This document shows positions 50,800 to 59,109 of a stretch of DNA of 64,000 bases, piece by piece. How positions within the stretch are numbered: the stretch's first letter is position 1; every line of letters starts with the position of its first letter. Origin of the DNA: Candidatus Krumholzibacteriota bacterium (GTDB taxonomy: Bacteria > Krumholzibacteriota > Krumholzibacteriia > JAJRXK01); the NCBI GenBank assembly GCA_963764625.1, contig CAVXTH010000003.1:32001-96000 (forward strand). Direction: 5' to 3'. The notes beneath the pieces were generated by a model. It worked only from the letters and a program-made list of their open reading frames with translations, did no database searches and was not told the DNA's origin. The translations under genes and the position numbers were made by a program.

Positions 50800-52629
50800 T
50801 TGCCCGCAGAGTCCCGGCTCCGCTTCTTCGTCCTTTTGGCCTTCTCGTTCCTCGCCTCGCTGCTCGCGCATCCCGGTGGAGCGGCGGCCCAGCTGAAGCA
50901 GATCCTCCCTCCCGCCCTCCCCTGGCACGGCAAGAGCGAGGAGCTCATCGCCGCAAAGGACGATCCCTGGATCACGCCGGCCGAACAGATGCATCTGCGG
51001 GACAGTCCCTCCTACGAGCTCACGCGCGATTGGCTCATCCAGCTAGTCGACGCCTCGCCGCAGCTGAACCTGGTCTCCTTGGGCAAGAGCTACCAGCAAC
51101 GCGAGATCTGGATGGTCATCGCGAGCAAGGAGGGCGCGAGCACGCCGGAAGCTCTGCGGGCCAACGGACGTCCCACCCTTCTGGCCCAGGCCGGAATCCA
51201 CAGCGGGGAGATCGACGGCAAGGACGCCGGACTCATGTTGCTTCGCGACATGACGGTGGACGGTCGAATCCCCGAACTTCTGGACGGCGCGAACTTTCTC
51301 TTCATCCCCATCCTGAGCGTGGATGCGCACGAGCGCCGTTCGGCGACTTCCCGCATCAACCAACGCGGACCGCGCTATCAGGGCTGGCGCACCAATGCGC
51401 GCAACCAGAACCTGAATCGCGATTACGCCAAGTTGGACACACCGGAGATCCGGGCCGTGGTCGAGGCACTCAATCCGTGGCCGGTGGATCTGTACGTCGA
51501 CATCCACGTCACCGACGGAGCCGACTACCAGTACGACATCACCTACGGCTTCAACGGGAGCTTCGGGTGGTCGCCCTCCATCGGGGCCTGGCTGGAGGAC
51601 AGTTTTCGTCCCGCCCTCGACCGTGACCTGAAGCAGATGGGACACGTGCCCGGCGATCTGATCTTCGCGGCCAACGGCAAGGACATGGTCGGCGGCGTGT
51701 ATTCCTTCACCGCCACACCCCGCTTCTCCAACGGCTACGGAGACGCGCGCCATCTGGCCACGGTTCTGGTGGAGAACCACTCTCTGAAAGACTATCGCCG
51801 GCGCGTGCTGGGAACGCGCGTGTTTTTGGAGGGCGCGCTGCGTCTTCTGGCGAAACAGGGACAGAGCCTGCGCGACTCGACGGCGCGCGATCGCATCCGG
51901 CGCCGCCGGGAAATTCCCAGCTCCTTCGAAGTCGGCGAGTCCAAGCCCGAGCTCGTCGACTTTCTGGGGGTGAAGTCCAGGCGCGTCTTTTCCGAGCTAG
52001 CCGATGACAGCGTGGTCCAGTGGCTTGGAGAGCCCGAGACGATCCGCATCCCCCGCATCGTGGCCGACCACCCGACCGGCATGCTCGCGCGTCCGAAAGC
52101 CTACTGGGTACCCGCCGCCTGGCCGGACGTAATCGAACGCCTGAAGCTGCACGGGGTGAAGATGGAGGTCCTGGGTGAGGAGCAGACCCCTCGTCTCAGC
52201 TTCTACCGGCTGCAGGAGCCCAAGCTCACGGCAGAGCCCTACGAGGGACACGAGCGCGTCACCGCGACCCTCCGCGAGGAGATCCGCACGCAGCGCTTCG
52301 AACCGGGGGCCGCCCGCATCTCCACCGACCAAGCGCTGGGTGACCTGGTCATGCTGCTCCTGGAACCCCGGAGCCCGGACTCCTTCTTCCAGTGGGGGTT
52401 CTTTTCGACGGTTTTGCAGCGCACCGAGTACTTCGAGAGCTATGTCCTGGAACCCATGGCCCGTGCAATGCTAGCAAAGAACGATACTTTGCGTGTCGAG
52501 TTCGAGCAAAAACTGAAGGATGACGTGGCCTTCGCGAAGGACCCCAGGGCGCGGCTGGAGTGGTTCTACGAGAAGACGCCCTACTACGACCAGCGCTACC
52601 GACTCTACCCGGTGGGGGTCGAGCGCTAG
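50800..52629 (+). CDS. Secreted M14-family zinc carboxypeptidase
   Basis: Signal peptide; GIHSGEIDG, NLNRD, DIHVTDG. Confidence 0.88.
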   Translation: MPAESRLRFFVLLAFSFLASLLAHPGGAAAQLKQILPPALPWHGKSEELIAAKDDPWITPAEQMHLRDSPSYELTRDWLIQLVDASPQLNLVSLGKSYQQREIWMVIASKEGASTPEALRANGRPTLLAQAGIHSGEIDGKDAGLMLLRDMTVDGRIPELLDGANFLFIPILSVDAHERRSATSRINQRGPRYQGWRTNARNQNLNRDYAKLDTPEIRAVVEALNPWPVDLYVDIHVTDGADYQYDITYGFNGSFGWSPSIGAWLEDSFRPALDRDLKQMGHVPGDLIFAANGKDMVGGVYSFTATPRFSNGYGDARHLATVLVENHSLKDYRRRVLGTRVFLEGALRLLAKQGQSLRDSTARDRIRRRREIPSSFEVGESKPELVDFLGVKSRRVFSELADDSVVQWLGEPETIRIPRIVADHPTGMLARPKAYWVPAAWPDVIERLKLHGVKMEVLGEEQTPRLSFYRLQEPKLTAEPYEGHERVTATLREEIRTQRFEPGAARISTDQALGDLVMLLLEPRSPDSFFQWGFFSTVLQRTEYFESYVLEPMARAMLAKNDTLRVEFEQKLKDDVAFAKDPRARLEWFYEKTPYYDQRYRLYPVGVER

Positions 52630-52792
52630 GCGCGGCTGTCTCCCTCGAGCACCCGCGCCGCCCGTGAGCTCACCGCCTGGCGCTGAGCGGCCTCAATCTG
52701 CTAGGATCGCCAAGGCCCTTCCCCATCGGCCGCGCCTTCCCCCTGGCGTGTCGTCGACCCGCCTGCCTCTCGCGCCCACTTGGAGACTGTTC

Positions 52793-55207
52793 ATGAATTT
52801 CGACTGCCGCTCATTGGATCCCCGCATCTCTTCCGCACGTGCTCTCTTGGTCATCACCTCTCTGCTCTGGATGCTCGTCCCGCTGGAGGCGATCGCGGGC
52901 GTCGAACCCGTAGCCCTTCCACGGCTGGCTCGTGGCCCCCTTGGGGAATGCCGTCCTGGGCGACGTGGGCCCCCCAGACTACCTGGACGTGAACAACCTC
53001 GGGAGCAGCGGACAGGACGGGGTGCGTCTGGACCTCGGTTCCACCCGGGGACGCATCGGTCCCGTGCGCTGGATGGCGCCCGAGAGTCTCTCCGGTCGAA
53101 GGTACCGGGTGGTGTCCGAGGGAAGCGACGCGGCGGGGACTCTGTGGTGGGCGACGGACGCCGTGGACCGGGGGGACCTCGTCGAGTTCAGCATCGACCC
53201 CGGCAACCTGGTGGTCGACGGGTCCAACGTGGTGCTCACCCTGACCCAGAATGGGATCGCCGTCACCACCGCCGAACTGAACAACACCTGAGTCCTCTCT
53301 TCAGCTCCAGCGCTCCGCCCATCGGCGTGAGCGAGGGACTCGGCGAGATCGAGGCGGACTTCGAAGCGAGCGGCGCGAGCAAGGCGTTCGTCCCCCCGCG
53401 ATTGGACGACCGCAACTTCGAGTTTCCTCCCGCAACGCAGTTCACGATCGCCGGCGTGGGGAGCTTCACCGCCGATGGGGTGCGCATCTCCCACCGGCTG
53501 CGCCATCGGGATCGCCTGGTGCTGCACCACCTGGATCTGCTCTTCACCGAGCCGGTCGGCGTTGTGGGTTCGCAGCGACTGCGCGATGTGGCCATGGGAC
53601 CCTACTTCGGAACGACCCGCGGCCGCGGGGGAGTGTTGCTTCAGAGTTCCTCGGTGGGCTCTCAGGATCAGTTGACGGTCAGCAACATCGGCAGTAGCGG
53701 TCAGGATGGAGTCGCTTGCGACTTCGAGGAGGATGAAGTGGGGGTGGCCCTGCAGTGGGCCCCTTCGACTCTGCCCCCGCCGAGCGATGGGGCCAGCATC
53801 GGCCTTTCCGGGGACGCGGGCCGGGATACCGCGCCAGAGGATCCCGTCGTCGCCTGTTCCGCCCAATACGGGAACGCGCAGTTCGAGATCGTTCGGAGCG
53901 CCGCCACGACCGGCCCGCCATTGAAGGTGGTCTTCTACCTGGATGACCTCATCGTGGGTGTCGCCTCCGATCCCACCGCCGCGCTGCAGGTGAGCACGAG
54001 CGAGTGGCCCAGCAGCGCCGGAGTCGAGAACGGGGACGCGCCGGGGATGTCCACCGTTTCCTGGGGCTGGGATGCGCCGGTTTCCATGCAAGTGGGAACC
54101 GAGCCGGCGGTGCAGGCCGATGAGGTACGGCTGGTCTTGCCGAGTCTGGTCGCGCCGAACCAGGAGGCCCAGCGCCTCATCCTGACTCCCCCTGGCAGCG
54201 CCAGCGCGTATGGGCTGACGATCCTGGGGCGTCGAACCGTGATCAAGCCTCCGAACCCCAATTATCCCTACACCGAGTTGCGTGGCCTGCATGCGGAGGG
54301 CATCGTGCATCGAGACATCGCCACTCGCATCTCCAACATCGGGAGTAGCGGCGAGGACGGCGTCATGGTGGAATTCGAACCCACATCCGCGCTGGGAATC
54401 CAATGGCACTCGTCGTCCACCGGAGCCGGATCGCCCGGGGAACGCATCATGATGCCGACCTACGGCACCACGAGTGGCGATCCGGATCGACCGATCATCC
54501 TCGGGCAACTCTGGAACGAGAGCACCGGCAGTGAGGTGTACGTGGGAGCAGACCTGAGCCCCTTGGGCGTCGGTGGACTGATCTTCAACCTCTACGACAA
54601 TGGCATGCTGGTGAACAGCATCACCGCGGTGAACGACGCCCCGGCGCTGAGTATGCCCCTACCCCCGACCGGGATGACCGCGAGGACCGGCGCGAACGGT
54701 CCGGTTTTCTACCTAGAACTCGTTCCGGACACCCAGGTCAGCGTGGTCAGTGCGCCCACCAAGCGGATGAACAAGGCCGATCTCATCGAGGTTCTCCCCA
54801 GCGAGACCCCCAGCGTGGTTCCCACCGAGCTGGTCGCGCTCTCCCTTCGTGCATCCTCGATCCCCTGGGTCGTGATCGACAGCGCCAACCCCGCCTACCC
54901 GGTCGATGCGCCACCGTCGCGCGCCACGCCGACGCTGACCCTGTATCCCAACGCGCCCAATCCCTTCAACCCGCGCACCAGCATCGCCTTCGATCTGGAT
55001 CGCTGGGGTCCGGTGAGTCTGCGCATCTACGACGTGCGCGGGCAGCTGGTGGATGTGCTCCACGACGGCTTTCTCGAGGCGGGGCACCACCTCGGGGTCT
55101 GGGATGGGATGGACAGTGGAGGCCACAGCGTGGCTTCGGGAGTCTACTACCTGCGGCTCGAGGCCGCGGGGGAGAGCCAGACGAGAAAGATGAGCTTGGT
55201 GCGCTAG
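52793..55207 (+). CDS. Secreted three-repeat protein with C-terminal FlgD-Ig/CTD sorting domain (compensating frameshifts ~52919 and ~53288)
   Basis: GGAG RBS, signal peptide ending AIA; three (S/N)N(I/L)GSSG(Q/E)DGV repeats; tail YPNAPNPFNPRT.I.FDL...LRIYDVRGQLV...WDG.D..G..VASGVYYLRL. Coding from ~52919 to ~53288 runs in the frame of ORF 52932..53291. Confidence 0.85.
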   Translation: MNFDCRSLDPRISSARALLVITSLLWMLVPLEAIAGVEPVALPRLARGPLGECRPGRRGPPRLPGREQPREQRTGRGASGPRFHPGTHRSRALDGARESLRSKVPGGVRGKRRGGDSVVGDGRRGPGGPRRVQHRPRQPGGRRVQRGAHPDPEWDRRHHRRTEQHLSPLFSSSAPPIGVSEGLGEIEADFEASGASKAFVPPRLDDRNFEFPPATQFTIAGVGSFTADGVRISHRLRHRDRLVLHHLDLLFTEPVGVVGSQRLRDVAMGPYFGTTRGRGGVLLQSSSVGSQDQLTVSNIGSSGQDGVACDFEEDEVGVALQWAPSTLPPPSDGASIGLSGDAGRDTAPEDPVVACSAQYGNAQFEIVRSAATTGPPLKVVFYLDDLIVGVASDPTAALQVSTSEWPSSAGVENGDAPGMSTVSWGWDAPVSMQVGTEPAVQADEVRLVLPSLVAPNQEAQRLILTPPGSASAYGLTILGRRTVIKPPNPNYPYTELRGLHAEGIVHRDIATRISNIGSSGEDGVMVEFEPTSALGIQWHSSSTGAGSPGERIMMPTYGTTSGDPDRPIILGQLWNESTGSEVYVGADLSPLGVGGLIFNLYDNGMLVNSITAVNDAPALSMPLPPTGMTARTGANGPVFYLELVPDTQVSVVSAPTKRMNKADLIEVLPSETPSVVPTELVALSLRASSIPWVVIDSANPAYPVDAPPSRATPTLTLYPNAPNPFNPRTSIAFDLDRWGPVSLRIYDVRGQLVDVLHDGFLEAGHHLGVWDGMDSGGHSVASGVYYLRLEAAGESQTRKMSLVR

Positions 55208-55980
55208 GCGGTTTCGCCGTCGTTGAGAGCGCGCGCGATTTCCTCGGCCACGATGCGGGCCAATCGCTGGGCTTCGTCTGCTCCGTTCTCTCCCGCAGCG
55301 CGGCACGAGCTGGCGCGCTCAGGATTGGGTCCGCCCCCGCTGCTCGCCACCAGAGCACCCACCTCGTCGCGGCTCAGGACGCGGGCGCCGCCGGCGAGCT
55401 CGGCCAGCAGGGTGATCTCGGCCAGATGCTCCACCGTCTCCAGCGTCTGGAACGCAGTGAAGGGATCCGGCCCACAGGCCACCACGCCGTGATTGGGCAT
55501 GAGCACCGCGTCGTGGCTCACGATGTGTTCACACACCGCGCGGGCCACCTCGTCGGTTCCCGGGGTCGCGTAGCGGGAGAGCGGCACCTTTCCCAGACCG
55601 AGAACGACCTCGGGTAAGAGGCAGTCCGTAAGCCCGCGCCCGGCGGTGGCCAGAGCGGTGGCCCAACTGGGGTGCCCGTGCACCACCGCGCCCACCTCGG
55701 GGCGCACGCGAAAGATGGCCAGGTGCATCTGGATCTCCGAGGACGGACGACCCTGCGCGGCGCGGCCGTCCATGCCCACCTCGATGAGGTCCTGGGGCTT
55801 CAGGAATCCCTTGGCCGCTCCGGCCCGGGTGGCCAGCACGGTGGTCTCGTCAAGCCGGGCGGAGAGGTTCCCCTCGCAGGCCACGATGAGCCGGTGCTGA
55901 TACATCAGCGCGCCGACCCGGATGAGTTCGCGGGTGGCGTCTTCACGGGAAAGTCGGCCATTCCTCACGGCAAGTCCCAC
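55204..55980 (-). CDS. Class II aldolase/adducin family protein
   Basis: EGNLSAR, PSSEIQMH, VVHGH, YATPGT, MPNHGVV. Confidence 0.9.
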   Translation of the reverse strand: MGLAVRNGRLSREDATRELIRVGALMYQHRLIVACEGNLSARLDETTVLATRAGAAKGFLKPQDLIEVGMDGRAAQGRPSSEIQMHLAIFRVRPEVGAVVHGHPSWATALATAGRGLTDCLLPEVVLGLGKVPLSRYATPGTDEVARAVCEHIVSHDAVLMPNHGVVACGPDPFTAFQTLETVEHLAEITLLAELAGGARVLSRDEVGALVASSGGGPNPERASSCRAAGENGADEAQRLARIVAEEIARALNDGETA

Positions 55981-56008
55981 CGGTCAGGGTTCCACCACCG
56001 CGCCACGC

Positions 56009-56503
56009 TCAGAGCTTCGCCAGCTCCGCCAGCGCTTCCACTCCGTTACGCTTGAGGTAGGCCACGATGCCACCCTCGTCGCGAAGTTTCAACATCAGGG
56101 GCGAGAGCTCGACGGGGATCTTCTTCTCCTGCGTCTGGTTCACCAGACACCTCTGATGGATGTCCAGTTTCAGTTCGTCGGTTTCCGCGATTCCGTCCGT
56201 ATCGGCTATGAGCAACAGCAGGCCCTGGTTCATGCAGTTGCGGTAGAAGATGCGCGCGAAACTCTTGGCCACGATGGCTTCGATTCCGGTGTGGCTCAGC
56301 GAGGTGACGGCGGTCTCGCGGCTGCTGCCGCAGCCGAAATTCCGGCCGGCCACCACGAAGTCACCCTTCTTCACTCTGGGAGCGAAGTCGGGGCGATGCT
56401 CGATGAAGCAGATCTTGGCCAGCTCCTTGGGGTCGGTGGTCTGATTGTAACGACCCGGAGTGATGAGGTCGGTGTTGATGTTGTCGCCGAAGAGCCAGTT
56501 CAT
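56009..56503 (-). CDS. 3-isopropylmalate dehydratase/homoaconitase small subunit (archaeal-type)
   Basis: [37 protein letters not shown]. Confidence 0.92.
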   Translation of the reverse strand: [164 protein letters not shown]

Positions 56504-56504
56504 C

Positions 56505-57767
56505 TCAACCTCGCACCGTTTCGGGAAGATACTGGCGCGGATCGGTGAGCACTCCGGTCAGCGCACAGGCGGCCGCAGTAGCCGGGCTCGCCAGATAGAT
56601 CTGGGCGGTGGGACTGCCCATCCGGCCCCTGAAGTTGCGGTTGGAGGTCGAGACGCACACCTCTTCGTCATCCAGCACTCCCCCCTGCCGGCCCAGGCAG
56701 GCCCCGCAGCCCGGGTTGGTGATCGCGGCGCCCTTGTTCAGGAAGAACTCGATGAGGCCCTCCTGCATCGCCTGCAGGTACACGCTCCGGCTGGCCGGGG
56801 TGATGACCACGCGCGTTGCGGGATCGAGCTCGTGTCCTTCCCACATCGCCTTCACGATGCGCAGGTCCTGGATGCGACAGTTGGTGCACGAACCGATGAA
56901 GACCTGATCGACGTGACGGCCGGCGACTTCGCTGACTTTGGCCTCCTGATCGATGTCGTGGGGACAGGCCACGGTGGGCACGAGTTCGTCCACCGCGATC
57001 TGAATGGTCTCGTCGTAGCGTGCGTCCTCATCGCTGCCGTTTGGGATCCAGTCCCCTTCGCGCCCCTGCTCTTTCAGGTACTCGCGGGTGCGCTCGTCGC
57101 TGGGCACGATCGCGGTCTTGGCGCCCAGCTCGGCGCACATGTTGGTCAGTGTCAATCGATCGGGAACCGGCCAGCGCTCTACCAACGACCCCCCGAACTC
57201 GATGATCTTGTAGGTGCAGTACTCGGTGCCGAGTTTTCCCGCGATGTGCAGGATGACGTCCTTGGCGAACACCCCGTGCGGAAGCTCGCCCTCGATCTCG
57301 ATCCGAATGACCTCCGGCACGCGAAACCAGAGCTTCCCGCTCGCGAGCGCCACCGCCGCATCGGTGGATCCCACCCCGATGGTCAGAGCACCGAGCCCCC
57401 CGCCGGTGGGCGTGTGACTGTCGGCGCCCAACACCAGCATCGAGGGATGAATGTAATCCTCCGCCAGAAGTTGATGGCAGACCCCATCGGTGCGGATTTC
57501 GATGCCCTGTTCGTGGGCGAAAGCGCGCACTTTCTTGTGCAGGTGCGCCATGGCGGTGCTGGGGGCGGGATAGGCATGATCGAAAGGGATCACGATTTTC
57601 TTGGGGTCGAAGACCCGGTCAGCGATCTCGTAGAAGGGATCGACCGCCCACGCTCCGGTCGTATCGTGCGCCATGACGAGATCCAGGTCGCAGATCACCG
57701 TGTCGCCGGGATGGACCTCACGCCCACAATGCGCGGAGAAAATCTTCTCCGGAAGATTCTGTCCCAT
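56505..57767 (-). CDS. 3-isopropylmalate dehydratase/homoaconitase large subunit (archaeal-type, 420 aa)
   Basis: AHDTT, FDH, GVCHQ, GADSHT, FIGSCTN, PGCGACLG, SNRNFRGRMG. Confidence 0.93.
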   Translation of the reverse strand: MGQNLPEKIFSAHCGREVHPGDTVICDLDLVMAHDTTGAWAVDPFYEIADRVFDPKKIVIPFDHAYPAPSTAMAHLHKKVRAFAHEQGIEIRTDGVCHQLLAEDYIHPSMLVLGADSHTPTGGGLGALTIGVGSTDAAVALASGKLWFRVPEVIRIEIEGELPHGVFAKDVILHIAGKLGTEYCTYKIIEFGGSLVERWPVPDRLTLTNMCAELGAKTAIVPSDERTREYLKEQGREGDWIPNGSDEDARYDETIQIAVDELVPTVACPHDIDQEAKVSEVAGRHVDQVFIGSCTNCRIQDLRIVKAMWEGHELDPATRVVITPASRSVYLQAMQEGLIEFFLNKGAAITNPGCGACLGRQGGVLDDEEVCVSTSNRNFRGRMGSPTAQIYLASPATAAACALTGVLTDPRQYLPETVRG

Positions 57768-57776
57768 GAATTTCCT

Positions 57777-57998
57777 CTAGCCGCCCGCGACCGGGCGTAC
57801 GAGTTCGAGCCGATCCCCCTCGCGCAAGACGACCGTCGCGAAGGAGTCCCGGCCCCGTGGTTCACCGTTGCACTCGACCACCAAGAAGCGCTCGTCGAGC
57901 CCCATCCTCTCGATCAGGTCCTTGAGCGTGGCTCCGCGGGAAACTTGTCGTTCCTTGCCGTTCACGCTCAGCTTGATCTGCCGTTCATCCGACCCCAT
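57777..57998 (-). CDS. thiS: Sulfur carrier protein ThiS
   Basis: VNG...VVECNG...LREGDRLELVRPVAGG, C-terminal GG. Confidence 0.9.
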   Translation of the reverse strand: MGSDERQIKLSVNGKERQVSRGATLKDLIERMGLDERFLVVECNGEPRGRDSFATVVLREGDRLELVRPVAGG

Positions 57999-59109
57999 GC
58001 AGCGTCGCCTCCCAGTCCTTCCACACCGGTTGCAGACCCAGCTCCGCGAGACGACGCGCCACCTCCGCCGGAGTGCGTTGGTCGGCCACCTCAAATTGTT
58101 CCGCCTGATCGTTGGGATCCTCGTAGCCGCCGGGTTCGGTGTGGCTCCCGGCCGAGATCTGCGTGATCCCCAAGCGCACCAGACCGTCGCGGAAGGCGGG
58201 TCTCTCTCGGGTGGAGAGAACCAGACCGAGATCACAGAGACAGATCCGCAGCGCGCAGACCAGTTGCACCAGCTCGGCGTCCTTGACCGCGCTGGGGGCG
58301 TCGATCGCCTGCAAAGCCGTCTGCAGGCGTGGCACCGACACCGAGATCCGACAGCGCCAACAGTGTTTTTGAAGCCACTGTGCGTGCAGGAAAGTGGCCA
58401 GCGAATCCGAGCGCCAGTCGCTCAGTCCCAACAGACTTCCGATGCCGATCTGTTTCATTCCGGCGCGCGCGGCACGCTCCGGCGTTTCCAGGCGCCAGTC
58501 GAAGTTTTTCTTGCGTCCGCTCAAGTGGAAACGGGCGTAGGCCTCGCGGTCGTAGGTCTCCTGATACACCGAGAGTCCGTCGACGCCGGCTTTCACCAAC
58601 TCGCGATATCCCGCTTCGTACTGAGGCGCAACCTCGATGGCGAGCGAAGCGAAACGCGGACGCAATCGCCTCACGATCTCGCTCAGGTACCCGGTGGAGA
58701 CGATGCGCGGGTGCTCTCCCGAAACCAGGAGGATGTGCCGGAACCCCTGCCCGCGCAGAATCTCCGCCTCGCGCACCACCTGCTCTGCGTTCAGGGTGAC
58801 GCGCTCGATCCTATGCTCCCGGCTGAATCCGCAGTAGGTGCAGGTGTCGATGCACTCGTTGGAAACGTAGAGCGGAGCGTAGAGTTGGACGATGCGGCCG
58901 AACCGGCGCACCGTGGTGCTCTGGGCCGCCTCGGCCAGATCTTCCAGGCGTTCCTGGGCGGCGGGAGAAATCAGCCTCGCGAAGCGCTCGATGCTGCTGC
59001 CCGACGAGCGCAGTGCCTCTTGTACCTGCTTGGCCGAAGTCCTCAGCGAGAATTCACGCCAGAAGGCGAAGTCCGTCGCATCGAAGAGATCCTGGAAGCG
59101 GGCGTTCAT
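57985..59109 (-). CDS. thiH: 2-iminoacetate synthase (radical SAM)
   Basis: [51 protein letters not shown]. Confidence 0.94.
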   Translation of the reverse strand: MNARFQDLFDATDFAFWREFSLRTSAKQVQEALRSSGSSIERFARLISPAAQERLEDLAEAAQSTTVRRFGRIVQLYAPLYVSNECIDTCTYCGFSREHRIERVTLNAEQVVREAEILRGQGFRHILLVSGEHPRIVSTGYLSEIVRRLRPRFASLAIEVAPQYEAGYRELVKAGVDGLSVYQETYDREAYARFHLSGRKKNFDWRLETPERAARAGMKQIGIGSLLGLSDWRSDSLATFLHAQWLQKHCWRCRISVSVPRLQTALQAIDAPSAVKDAELVQLVCALRICLCDLGLVLSTRERPAFRDGLVRLGITQISAGSHTEPGGYEDPNDQAEQFEVADQRTPAEVARRLAELGLQPVWKDWEATLHGVG

